Source: a virus (lineage: Duplodnaviria > Caudoviricetes). From it: a stretch of 35,517 nucleotides of DNA. The first letter of the stretch is position 1, and each line of letters begins with the position of its first letter. The translations under genes and the position numbers were made by a program. Positions 16,840 to 25,705 of the stretch are shown in pieces. The notes below the pieces were generated by a model. That model did not search any database and had not been told where the DNA came from. It worked only from the letters and a program-made list of their open reading frames with translations. The stretch spans positions 1 to 35,517 of IMG/VR virus record IMGVR_UViG_3300048080_000033; one strand, given 5' to 3'.

Positions 16840-17192
16840 TACGATATGACTCCTTGCGCCTTTTCGCAGTAGGGAGCTATCTGTTCTAGTAGAGCCGCCA
16901 CATCATTTCGCGCCGTCACAGTCCATGAATAGATTGCGCCGGTCGGTTTGACGTAGTACCGCACAACCCCGACGCCGGTGACGCGCAACAACGTAGAAAT
17001 CGCTTCCACGTCTTTTTGACTCACGACGATTTGCGCGGGGTCAGTCCGACCCGGCCCGCGCTGGGGCCGATTATCTCCGGCTCTCCATCTTCGCAAATGA
17101 ACGCATCCGTCCGCCTGAACGAATGCCCCAACCCATGCGGCTTCAACATCTGACATCTGGCGTGTCTGGCGTTCACGTAATGGTGTCGGCAT
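16839..17192 (-). CDS. Single-motif LAGLIDADG homing endonuclease
   Basis: AWVGAFVQADGC motif, VSQKD...GVG.V, YSW; own -10 box at 17202-17207. Confidence 0.8.
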   Translation of the reverse strand: MPTPLRERQTRQMSDVEAAWVGAFVQADGCVHLRRWRAGDNRPQRGPGRTDPAQIVVSQKDVEAISTLLRVTGVGVVRYYVKPTGAIYSWTVTARNDVAALLEQIAPYCEKAQGVIS

Positions 17193-17199
17193 TGTGCTT

Positions 17200-18036
17200 C
17201 TATTGTACCCGCTCGCCCCGAAGTCCCTTGTCAACCTCCCGAACCACGGCCAGCGGAACCACGCCGGGGTCCAGACGCCTGCACAGGTACTGCGCGTAAC
17301 AGGATGCACATTTCTTATCGCCCGCCCCGTTCGGCTTCCGGTCAGCCGGAACCGGTGCCAGCTCCTGCTTCAGCACATAGGGCAAGGCCAGCCGGTGCAG
17401 CGCCCTGATTCCGTCGAACAACGCGGGGTCAAACGGGATGGGGTAAGTCGCCCGCCGTTGGCTGTTCTTGGCCTCGAACCGCAGGAACCCATCGCGCAAC
17501 GATGTCGCGCCTAGATAGAACATCAGTTGCTTGACGTATCGCGGCCAGACGGCCAGTAGGTTCTTCAGGTTGATGGCCGGTGACGCGTTCTTAGCCGGTA
17601 GCCGGTCGAACCCGCCCTCCTCAATCGACTTGATTTCCCCTATCATCTTGCGCCGCCGCAGCTCCACCAACGCGTCGTAGTGCCCCACCATTGGCGGGTC
17701 ATCCGTCCGCACGGTTTGCTCCTCAGCCACCAGCACACCGGCCCGCCGCCAACGTGTACGGATGGCGGACTCGATGGCCCGCCCCGTCTCGAAGATGCGG
17801 AGCAGCCGCGCCGTCGCCGGAACCCTGTGACCGAGGCACTTGAAACACATGGCCCTGATGCACGTCTCGCCCGCGTCTGAGCCCCTGAAGTATGTCCGTG
17901 GCTCCTCCCACAACGGCTGTTCGCCCTCCGCGGAGTCATCCTCCAGCACGTCCAACTCGTCAGGCACAATCGCGCCGGTCAGGAATCCGGCCAGTGGCCC
18001 GCCGTTCGTCTTGCCCGCGTTCTTCTTTACAGGCAT
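17200..18036 (-). CDS. Cas4-like PD-(D/E)XK exonuclease
   Basis: S....C.R, GHYD, EIKS, QL.FY, C..C....C Fe-S cysteines. Confidence 0.85.
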   Translation of the reverse strand: MPVKKNAGKTNGGPLAGFLTGAIVPDELDVLEDDSAEGEQPLWEEPRTYFRGSDAGETCIRAMCFKCLGHRVPATARLLRIFETGRAIESAIRTRWRRAGVLVAEEQTVRTDDPPMVGHYDALVELRRRKMIGEIKSIEEGGFDRLPAKNASPAINLKNLLAVWPRYVKQLMFYLGATSLRDGFLRFEAKNSQRRATYPIPFDPALFDGIRALHRLALPYVLKQELAPVPADRKPNGAGDKKCASCYAQYLCRRLDPGVVPLAVVREVDKGLRGERVQ

Positions 18037-18371
18037 GATTGCCGCCGCTCGTAGCCGGTCGGTGCCCACTCTCGCAGGAACGCCACGAAGCGCCTGGATA
18101 GGGGTGCCCTGTCGCCGGTTAGGTCAGATACCGTGACGTGGAAGACCGGTAGCTGGTACGCCTCCCAGAGCGCCTGGTCGCGCTTGGCGTCTGCCTTCGC
18201 GGTATGCGTCGGCCCGTCAGCTTCAATGGCTATGTGAAACGCCCCATTGTAGAAGTCCACCTGATAGGGGGAGAACGGTTCTTCGGCCAGTACAGACAGC
18301 CCGCCCTCGGTCAACCACGCCTCCACCTTTCGGGCGAAGTCGGTCAGCTCAATGTCGGTGTTAATTGGCAT
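18027..18371 (-). CDS. Vsr/DUF559-like endonuclease
   Basis: Y.VDF, IEADG..H, D.KRD..L. Confidence 0.8.
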   Translation of the reverse strand: MPINTDIELTDFARKVEAWLTEGGLSVLAEEPFSPYQVDFYNGAFHIAIEADGPTHTAKADAKRDQALWEAYQLPVFHVTVSDLTGDRAPLSRRFVAFLREWAPTGYERRQSCL

Positions 18372-19485
18372 CCGCCGCCGCCCGCTCCTCGTACCACTCG
18401 GGACTCCCCTCGATGACCGGCCCATGCGCCGCCGCCGCTGCCGCGTTCAGGTCGCGTACCCGCTCGTAGATTTCGTCATCCTGACGCACGATGTTCTCCA
18501 CCGCCGGTCGCCCGTGAATCTTGCGCCCGCACGTATCGGGGATGACGAAGTACCCCGCCGTGGGTTGTTCGATAACGCCCCGTGCGATGGCGTTATGCAC
18601 CAGCGAGGCCACACCATCGACGGTGCCATTGAACATGACGGTCAGCTCAATCTCCTGGTAGGGCGGAGCTATCTTGTTCTTGTCGGCCCGAATCCGCATG
18701 AGGTAGCCGATTTTCTTCTTGCTCTTTTCGTCACCGAGGTCAAGGAACGCCTCGGGGTTCTCCGGCCCGACCGCCGTCTTGCCGCCCGCGTAGACCCACT
18801 CCCCGCGCCTGACCCGCAGCCGTAGGGACGTGTGGTGCTTCAGCGCGAACCCGCCGGGGCTGGACTCGGGGTTACCCCACTTGACGGTCATGTCTGTGCG
18901 GATTTGGTTGATGACCACCACAGCCACCTTCTTGTTCAGGCCCACGGTACGCGTGATGCCCTCGGTCGTCTTACGTGCGGCCACGCCCCGGTTGTCGCTG
19001 TCCACCATCGAGGCGTCCATGATAGATGACGGGAGCAGGGACGTGATGCTATCCCACACGATGATGTCAGGCTCGAGGTTCCGCAAGGCGTCGGCCAGCA
19101 TATCGAAGGACTGCTCCAGCGTTTCAGGCCGAACCACCAGCAGGCGCTTCGGGTCAAGGTCAACGCCGGTCATGGAGAACCATCGCGGGTCGAACGTGCG
19201 CTCCGCGTCAATGAACACGGCCCGCCCGCCTTGACGTTGCGCCGCCGCAATCATCAGTTGTGACAGCAGCGTCTTACCCGCCGACTCCAGCCCGATGAGC
19301 ATGGTGACGCGGCCCCGTGGAATCCCGCCGCCCATCATCTCGTCAAGGGTCGGATAGCCGGTAGGAATCGGAGGCGGGAACAGGGTCGGGTCGTTCGGGT
19401 TGTAGGCCACTTCCCCGCCGACTTGCTTGTTCCACTTGTCGCCCCATTCCTCGAGGGTTTGCAGCACTTCCTGTACCGTTGTCAC
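18361..19485 (-). CDS. recA: RecA recombinase
   Basis: GGGIPRGR, G.ESAGKT, FIDAE, DS, INQIR, PGG.ALK, KNK.APP; AGGAGG SD before GTG at 19485. Confidence 0.93.
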   Translation of the reverse strand: MTTVQEVLQTLEEWGDKWNKQVGGEVAYNPNDPTLFPPPIPTGYPTLDEMMGGGIPRGRVTMLIGLESAGKTLLSQLMIAAAQRQGGRAVFIDAERTFDPRWFSMTGVDLDPKRLLVVRPETLEQSFDMLADALRNLEPDIIVWDSITSLLPSSIMDASMVDSDNRGVAARKTTEGITRTVGLNKKVAVVVINQIRTDMTVKWGNPESSPGGFALKHHTSLRLRVRRGEWVYAGGKTAVGPENPEAFLDLGDEKSKKKIGYLMRIRADKNKIAPPYQEIELTVMFNGTVDGVASLVHNAIARGVIEQPTAGYFVIPDTCGRKIHGRPAVENIVRQDDEIYERVRDLNAAAAAAHGPVIEGSPEWYEERAAADAN

Positions 19486-19501
19486 GGGTGCCTCCTGTTT
19501 C

Positions 19502-21451
19502 TTACGCCGCGAGTTTGTAGGTGTCCGCGTCATACCACGTCGTCTCACTTCTGTTCACGTCAACCGTTATCGGAACCCGCACGTCGGGGAAGTCACACAT
19601 GGCGTCGCGCACGTCCCGAATCATCGCCGGTTCCAACCCGTCCAGACGGATTTCGTCATGTACCTGTTTGCGCCATCCCTGGCCCGCGTTCGTGGGAATC
19701 CCCACTTCCGTTTCTATTCTAACCATCGCCTTCTTGATAAGGTCAGCGGCCCAACCCTGAATCAAGGAGTTGACAGCCACGTAATCAGGGGTGAACGGAC
19801 ACGACTTGTGGATGGCCGCGCACTTGTGGTGCCCCGCCTCACAGTGGGGATGGCAGTCGCGCCGCCATCGCCCGAACCCGTTTTTGATGTGCTCCGTCGA
19901 GCGCATCTTATCGCGTACCCCGTCTAGGAGTTTCGCGGACTTCGGGGAGCCTTCGCGGAACAGCCGGATGATGCGCTCGCCGCCCGCCTTGTCGGTGCCC
20001 GTCTGTTCGCCAATCTTGCCCGGCCCCGCGCCATAGATGACGGCCAGCGCGACCGTCTTCCCCACGTCACGCTCGGGGGTGCCTTTCGGATACTGGCTCC
20101 GGTCACCGCCGTAAATCCACGCGGCCATTTCCGAGTAGACATCCTCGCCCTGAACGAACGCGTCAATCAGCCGTGGCTCGTTAGTGTAGTGTGCGAACCC
20201 GCGCATTTCAATTTGGCTGTAGTCAAGGAACCACGCCGGTACGCCGGGGTCCATGAGGTAAGCCTTCCGCATTTTCAGGTTGCCTTCCTCGCCCTTCTTC
20301 TTGACTTGCTGGACGTTTGGCCCGCTACACCCGAACCGGCCAGTCCGCGCCGCCGTGGTGTTGAAGTCAGGGTGCGCTCGCCCGTCGTACTGTGACGCGT
20401 CCAGCGTTGGCTTAATATACGTGGTCAAGTCTTTCTCCGCGTCACGCCATTCCTCAATCAGGCCCAACAGCGGATAGTATTTGTGGTTCCGTGGGAGGGT
20501 AGCCCGCAGCGCCCGCAAGGTGTTGATGTCTGTGGATGGTGCGCCCTGTTTCGTGCGGCCCAAAATCGGCAGGCGTAGCTCCTCGTACAGGAACGCGGAT
20601 AGCTTAGCGTCGGAGCCAACCTCCAGCGGGTGCCCTACCAGGTCATCGAGTCGCCGCTGCGCCTTGTCCATCCGCGCCTGTGTGGGTTTGATTTGACCCT
20701 GTAGGAAATCGCGGTCAACGAGGACGCCCTGTTCCTCCATCTTCAGCAGCACCAATTGGGTCAGTTTCATCTCGGTATCGTACAGCTCGGTGAACTCGCC
20801 CCACTGAGGGTGTGCCGTGTTCCGTGCGTCCAGCCGCCACGTCAGGTGAGTGTCATAGGCGGAGTACGGCCCGAACACATGGAACGGGATTTGATACCAC
20901 GTCGACAGTCGGTTGTTCGCCACGTACCGCTTGACGGAGGTGAGGAATCGGTCAGCCTCCATGTTCAGAATGTCACCCTGTTTCTTCAGCGCCTTCGGGC
21001 GGTTCTCGTCCAGGAGATGGCACTGAACCATCGAGTCATCTACCAGCATCCGCGCCGTGATGTCCCATTCCTTGCGCGTCATATGGAGGTCGAACTTCTT
21101 GTTGTGCGCCACTACGCGGCCCTGATACTCGGTCAGGAGCCAGCGGGTGAACTCATCTATGTGTTCCACTGGCCGGTCGGAACCGTTGCCACAGCCAATG
21201 CCCGCAGGCATGGCCGTACACTCGTCCTCGCCGGGCCCCCACGCGAACGATACCACGGTGATGTTATCCCGAACGAACGTCGGGTCACCATGAATCGGCC
21301 CGCTTGTCTCGGTGTCGAACGCCACGGTCGGCGCGTTCCGGCAGCGCTCGTACAGGTCGGCCACGGTCACGGGTGCGCCGAACGCAGGCCACAGGTCAGA
21401 ACCGAGGGACATCTGGGCACCCTCGGTCATCGCCGCCCATCGTTTAGGCAA
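19502..21451 (-). CDS. polA: Family A DNA polymerase (3'-5' exonuclease + polymerase, no 5'-3' exonuclease)
   Basis: FDTET, HN.KFD, Y...D; RTGR, DYSQIE.R, K...L..IYG, QG.AAD, VHDE. Confidence 0.93.
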   Translation of the reverse strand: MPKRWAAMTEGAQMSLGSDLWPAFGAPVTVADLYERCRNAPTVAFDTETSGPIHGDPTFVRDNITVVSFAWGPGEDECTAMPAGIGCGNGSDRPVEHIDEFTRWLLTEYQGRVVAHNKKFDLHMTRKEWDITARMLVDDSMVQCHLLDENRPKALKKQGDILNMEADRFLTSVKRYVANNRLSTWYQIPFHVFGPYSAYDTHLTWRLDARNTAHPQWGEFTELYDTEMKLTQLVLLKMEEQGVLVDRDFLQGQIKPTQARMDKAQRRLDDLVGHPLEVGSDAKLSAFLYEELRLPILGRTKQGAPSTDINTLRALRATLPRNHKYYPLLGLIEEWRDAEKDLTTYIKPTLDASQYDGRAHPDFNTTAARTGRFGCSGPNVQQVKKKGEEGNLKMRKAYLMDPGVPAWFLDYSQIEMRGFAHYTNEPRLIDAFVQGEDVYSEMAAWIYGGDRSQYPKGTPERDVGKTVALAVIYGAGPGKIGEQTGTDKAGGERIIRLFREGSPKSAKLLDGVRDKMRSTEHIKNGFGRWRRDCHPHCEAGHHKCAAIHKSCPFTPDYVAVNSLIQGWAADLIKKAMVRIETEVGIPTNAGQGWRKQVHDEIRLDGLEPAMIRDVRDAMCDFPDVRVPITVDVNRSETTWYDADTYKLAA

Positions 21452-21737
21452 GGGTCATTTCCAGTTGCTGCGCCTGTGTCTGGCAGTTGTTGTTGTAGCC
21501 GGTGCCGGATGCGTAATACCGCTCGCTGTGCTTGTCCCAGTCCGTGACGCACAACAGCATCGGGCAGGTATCACACTTGCCCAACTCCGCGGCCTCGCCA
21601 CAGGCGTCGCAGTTACCCTGAACGCTTGCGGGTAGAGGAGGCTGGGGCCTTATTTGGTGGTGCGCTCGCTCCGGCGTCGGCTGTATCGCGTTCCGGGGCA
21701 GGCTCAGCGGTTGGGGTCGGGGGTTGTTCAGTGGCAA
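21444..21737 (-). CDS. Small Zn-finger protein
   Basis: CDAC...CDTC...C.....H; GGAGG SD before TTG. Confidence 0.45.
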   Translation of the reverse strand: MPLNNPRPQPLSLPRNAIQPTPERAHHQIRPQPPLPASVQGNCDACGEAAELGKCDTCPMLLCVTDWDKHSERYYASGTGYNNNCQTQAQQLEMTLA

Positions 21738-22062
21738 CGGGGGTGCCTCCCTTTAGCTCCTTGATAGTGGCAATCAGCTTGTTGACCACCTTGTTGTTGT
21801 TCTCGCGGTAGGCGCTGAAGTCCTTGACGGATACCGCCGATTCAACCACCATCCCCGACGCCGTCGATGCCTCATCAGCGAGCGTCTCCTCCATCTGACG
21901 GCCCACGAATTGCAGTGCGCCCCGCGCCCGTTCCACGTCCGCCTCGAACTCCGGTGATGCGGGGTCAAGGTCAGACACGCCCACGGCCACGCGGACGCTG
22001 TGAAACTGCTCCGGTTGAAACGTGATGCCTATGTCATAGCTAATCTTTGCCATCGTGGTCAC
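21613..22062 (-). CDS. Hypothetical protein
   Basis: AAAGGA SD; protein-like composition. Confidence 0.65.
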   Translation of the reverse strand: MTTMAKISYDIGITFQPEQFHSVRVAVGVSDLDPASPEFEADVERARGALQFVGRQMEETLADEASTASGMVVESAVSVKDFSAYRENNNKVVNKLIATIKELKGGTPVATEQPPTPTAEPAPERDTADAGASAPPNKAPASSTRKRSG

Positions 22063-22077
22063 ATCCTTTCAGGATTC

Positions 22078-22124
22078 AGGCGAAGGCGGAAGCCCGGTCA
22101 AGTCCCGGCAATCCGCCCGCGCCT
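22078..22124 (-). other. Intergenic GC-rich hairpin after SSB gene
   Basis: GGCGGA/TCCGCC and CCGG/CCGG stems; no U-tract. Confidence 0.4.
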
Positions 22125-22136
22125 GTGTGGTGTTGA

Positions 22137-22985
22137 CTAGAACTCGGGGTCAGGGTCAGCCGTGTCGTCGTCGGGGTCGGTCACCGGCTCCGGTGCTTCC
22201 GCTACCGGTTCCGCCGCCACAGGCTCATCGAACGACGCCGCGCTGGTGTCCACTGGTACGGACTCCGCCTGGTTGTCAGCCGGTGCTTCCTCAACGGTTC
22301 CACCGAGGTCAGACACGCGACCGTACATCACGTCCTCAAGGGATGGGAGGCCAGCCATGATGTCCTTCAGCTCCGCCGTCATCGGTGACGGGTCAAGCGG
22401 CTCCAGCAGGTACGTGGGCTTCTGAATCCCCCGCGCACCCTGACGCACCATCTCGAAGTCCCTGTCCAGCAGCGTCTTGTTGCGGTCGAACCGGAACACG
22501 AACGGGTCAAGGTGCGACACTGACATCGCTATCAGGCGAACGCTGTCCACGGTCTGCCGGTTGACCACCACGCCCTGGTCATTCTTGACCAGTTGCGTCT
22601 CAATCTTGTCAGACGCAGGCGCTTCGGGGTAGTCGATGAATCGAACGAAGGCCCACGCCAGGAATTGGCGCGAGCGGTTCGGAAGATGCTTGCGGTCCTC
22701 GGGAGTTGCGGCCACGTACTCTTCGCACGTCGCGCACCGCGAACCTATCTCTTGCGGACACAGGCGTCGCCGCCACACGGTAGCGCCGGAAGCGAGTACA
22801 TCCTGTACCCTGTGATACCACGCGGAAAGGAACCCGTCGCCTTCGGTCAAGACGCGCATCCGCGCCGTCTCACCGGGGCCAGTCAACCTTACTTCCCGAA
22901 TCCAGTTCTTCTTGCCGCCGCCGCCGCTCTGTGCGGCGCGTTCGGTGCGCTCTTGCTGCTCCGCAGCCAGTCCCTTAGTAGGCAT
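22137..22985 (-). CDS. Single-stranded DNA-binding protein (gp32-like)
   Basis: H...C......C..C Zn site, DFE..R.G....TY.L.P, acidic tail ending EF. Confidence 0.75.
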   Translation of the reverse strand: MPTKGLAAEQQERTERAAQSGGGGKKNWIREVRLTGPGETARMRVLTEGDGFLSAWYHRVQDVLASGATVWRRRLCPQEIGSRCATCEEYVAATPEDRKHLPNRSRQFLAWAFVRFIDYPEAPASDKIETQLVKNDQGVVVNRQTVDSVRLIAMSVSHLDPFVFRFDRNKTLLDRDFEMVRQGARGIQKPTYLLEPLDPSPMTAELKDIMAGLPSLEDVMYGRVSDLGGTVEEAPADNQAESVPVDTSAASFDEPVAAEPVAEAPEPVTDPDDDTADPDPEF

Positions 22986-23020
22986 AATCAGCCCTCCTCG
23001 TTTATCGCCATCCGGCGCGT

Positions 23021-23536
23021 CTATCTGAGGCTATTATACCCCAAATGACGCCGCAAGTCCGCCAGGCCACGCAAGGGAACCGCCGTAACTGGTACGCCTT
23101 GTAGGATGTCAGCCGCCGCCCGCTGTGCTGCCTCGGTTGCGCCGTACATCAGCAGGCCCGCGTCCGCGTCATCGTAGACGGCCAGCGCCCGCAGCTCCGC
23201 CGGGGTCCCGTCGCCGCCCTGGATGTCTAGCGCCTCAGCCATCGCTTCCAGCGACACGGCCCCGATGTCACCGAATCGCTTGCCAGCGTGTGCCTCGCGG
23301 TTCAGCTTAGCGAGCGCGTTCTGTAGGCAGTTGGTAGCGTAGGTGATGAACTTCACCTTGCCGGGGCGGAACGTGCGCCACGCCCGCCACAGCGCGACAC
23401 GCAGCACCTGGACAGTGTCCTCTTCCTCCAGATAATCCGGGCGCCGGTTGGCTATCTTGTGGACTAGGCGGTCGTACTGAGCCGCACATTGGTCAAAGGA
23501 TGTTCCCGTGCGCGTGACGATGTACTTGATTCCCAC
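23021..23536 (-). CDS. Sigma70-family factor (region 2 clear, region 4 reduced)
   Basis: Y..LV.KIA, ED..Q....LW.A...F......F.TYA...N. Confidence 0.75.
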   Translation of the reverse strand: MGIKYIVTRTGTSFDQCAAQYDRLVHKIANRRPDYLEEEDTVQVLRVALWRAWRTFRPGKVKFITYATNCLQNALAKLNREAHAGKRFGDIGAVSLEAMAEALDIQGGDGTPAELRALAVYDDADAGLLMYGATEAAQRAAADILQGVPVTAVPLRGLADLRRHLGYNSLR

Positions 23537-23539
23537 AGG

Positions 23540-24460
23540 TCAGACTCCTTTCGGAATGTAGACAGCGGGAGTCGCCATGTTCAGCGCCGCCCGTATCTGT
23601 TCGTTGGTCATGTCTTGCACGTCTTTGAAGGGGTCAGGGACAGCCGCCGTACAGACGGCCATCTTGGGTGCCAGCTTGCTAACTATCACGTTCGTCTGTT
23701 CGCGGCCCGGGCCGTCATTATCGAACATCACGGTGACCTTGACGGTGTTGGCTATCAGCCACTCCACCTGTACGTCGGTCGGAGGTCCAAGCGTTGCCAG
23801 CGCCGGTAATCCGTGCTGCATCATCCACATGGCGTCCAGCGAACCTTCGACAAGGATGGCCCACGTTCCCCAGAAGTGGTCAAGGGGGAACAGGCAGCGC
23901 CGGAACCCGCGAGGATACTGGTACTTCGGCCCCGCGCCCTCGCCGGGCAATCGCCGCGCCACGAACCCCACCAGCCGCTTGATTTCGTCACGGACGGGGA
24001 ACAGCATACGCGCCCGTTCCTTATCGTATCTTACGTCATATCGCGCCGCCGTTTCCATACTGAATCCGCGCTGCAGGAAGTAGCGGGGAACCTCGCTAGG
24101 TAACCGGTCGAAGTCCGCCGCCCACTCGTCAAGGTCAGACGGGGGTGTCAGGCCCGCCGGTCGGGGGAACATTCGGGCGATGACCTCCGCCGTGTCCACA
24201 CGAAGGCCGAACCGCTTGACCAGCGCCCGCGCCTCCACGTAACTACACCCACGAATCTGTACTACCAGCTCCACAATTCCGCCGCGCTTGCCGGTGTGCC
24301 GACAGACCCAACCGCCGCCTTCCGCCGCGATGCTGAAGCCGGGGTGTTTGCCGTCATCGTGGAACGGACAGAACGCGTCTAGCCATTCTCCGCGTTCGCG
24401 TTCGATGCCGATGCCTAGCTCCGCGAGGACGCTGGGCACGTCAGCGTTCAGGTCATCCAT
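23540..24460 (-). CDS. dnaG: DNA primase (Zn finger + TOPRIM)
   Basis: CPFHDD..P.F, FPV.D....VGF..R, KY, VEG..D, FDND..G. Confidence 0.9.
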   Translation of the reverse strand: MDDLNADVPSVLAELGIGIERERGEWLDAFCPFHDDGKHPGFSIAAEGGGWVCRHTGKRGGIVELVVQIRGCSYVEARALVKRFGLRVDTAEVIARMFPRPAGLTPPSDLDEWAADFDRLPSEVPRYFLQRGFSMETAARYDVRYDKERARMLFPVRDEIKRLVGFVARRLPGEGAGPKYQYPRGFRRCLFPLDHFWGTWAILVEGSLDAMWMMQHGLPALATLGPPTDVQVEWLIANTVKVTVMFDNDGPGREQTNVIVSKLAPKMAVCTAAVPDPFKDVQDMTNEQIRAALNMATPAVYIPKGV

Positions 24461-24468
24461 TTAACCGC

Positions 24469-25154
24469 CTAGTCTTTCCGCGCCCTGACGAACGCCGCCA
24501 CGAGTGGCCGCGCCCGCCGATTCAAGGCGTACAGATAGACGTGCTTCTGAACCGTGGGCATCTTGTCAGTCACTTTGTCTCCGTAGATTTCCCGCAGCGC
24601 CGCCTCGCGGTCGATGGCGGACTTCGCCAACTTCCGCAAGGATGACCGGCCCACTAGCTTCCCGTCTACCACGAACGACCCACGGCTGTCGGTGTGCCCC
24701 GTGGACATCCCGTAGTACAGCCAATTGGTAGCCCTGTAGATGATGCCCGTATGCCCGTATGTGGGGTCAGCATAGGACAGCAGCACGTCGGTTCCCTCGC
24801 GCCGTTGTTCCGTGAACAGCCGCCGGATGAATTGTGACTCGCTATTCTTGGGCATCTCGTCAGTCAAGGCCAGCCGCGACAGCTCTTTGATGGTCAAGTG
24901 GTTGTCCTCCGCGAACACCTGATACCGTGACCGCGATTTCTCATTGCCGCCGATAGTTGTTTGATGGTTGCCACGCCTACCAGCTCGACGCCCTTGAACA
25001 GCCCATAGAACGCGCCCGTGCTAGGCGTCTTGCTGTAGTGCCACTGACGCAGGAACCGCCGAGCATCATACGCCTGCACCAGCCGAACGGATAACTCGTC
25101 GTCAGCCGGTTGCCCGAACAGGCTCCCTTGCATCGCGGATACCGCCTTTGTCAC
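24469..25154 (-). pseudogene. Second Mom-like GNAT, split by a -1 frameshift
   Basis: N-half (FLRQWHYS, LVGVA) in ORF 24894-25154; C-half (ELSRL, KNSES, SYADP..GH.G.IY.ATNW.Y.G, KH.Y) in ORF 24469-24918. Confidence 0.75.
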
Positions 25155-25354
25155 TCCGTCACTACCTTCTTTCGCTTGCGCTCGAACCATGCCCGCCGTG
25201 CGGCCAGCTCATCTTCTTCGGTCAGGGTGTAGCCGTCCACAGTCAGGGTCACGAACCCGTCCAGCGGAGGGATGCGCTGCGCGTCAGGATTGGCGCACTC
25301 GCACCCGCGCTTGCTGTTCAGTTGCTTAGCACAGGTCAGGCACCACCACGCCAT
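25151..25354 (-). CDS. Small Cys4 protein, coupled to the split Mom-like gene
   Basis: CLTC...CEC; AAAGGA SD; GTGA overlap with the mom-like start. Confidence 0.65.
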   Translation of the reverse strand: MAWWCLTCAKQLNSKRGCECANPDAQRIPPLDGFVTLTVDGYTLTEEDELAARRAWFERKRKKVVTE

Positions 25355-25359
25355 CGACG

Positions 25360-25660
25360 CTTCCTTTCGTCTGGCCCGCCATCCGCTTATTCACAGCTTG
25401 GGGTTCCGTCCCTGTGGAACCACTGTGCGCCCTCACCCGCGATAGCTCAAGTCTGGAAGTTTCATCGCTCCCTCAGCCGGATGACTGGACCTCGTATTTG
25501 GTTCCGGGGCCGGTTCGCTGTCTGTTTCCGCTGCACACTGGTCTTACACGGTGTCGAATCAGCCTAGCGGCCCCGGTAGGAACGGTGAATCAATAGCCTT
25601 GTCCGTTGTGACTGTTGCCAGTCTGGTCAACCACACGCCTTCCAAAATCGCGTCGTTCCT
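25360..25660 (-). ncRNA. Candidate structured RNA / long 5' leader
   Basis: Stems 25504-12/25568-76, 25579-84/25654-59, GCAA-tetraloop hairpin 25610-23, 25402-07/25416-21. Confidence 0.5.
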
Positions 25661-25666
25661 GAATAC

Positions 25667-25695
25667 AAGTTATCGCATCCGCGCCCTGTTGTCAA
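25667..25695 (-). promoter_or_regulatory. Sigma70-type promoter TTGACA-N17-TAACTT
   Basis: -35 at 25690-25695, -10 at 25667-25672. Confidence 0.6.
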
Positions 25696-25705
25696 CCCTT
25701 AAATG

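Noticed and set aside
17200-18036. Cas4-like gene as evidence for CRISPR-Cas
   Set aside because: No cas1/cas2 or repeat-spacer array seen; solo Cas4-like nucleases are common in phage recombination modules.
25618-25632. GTTGACCAGACT resembling the HEARO/IscB omega-RNA motif
   Set aside because: No upstream complementary GTCAAC on the same strand and no IscB ORF.
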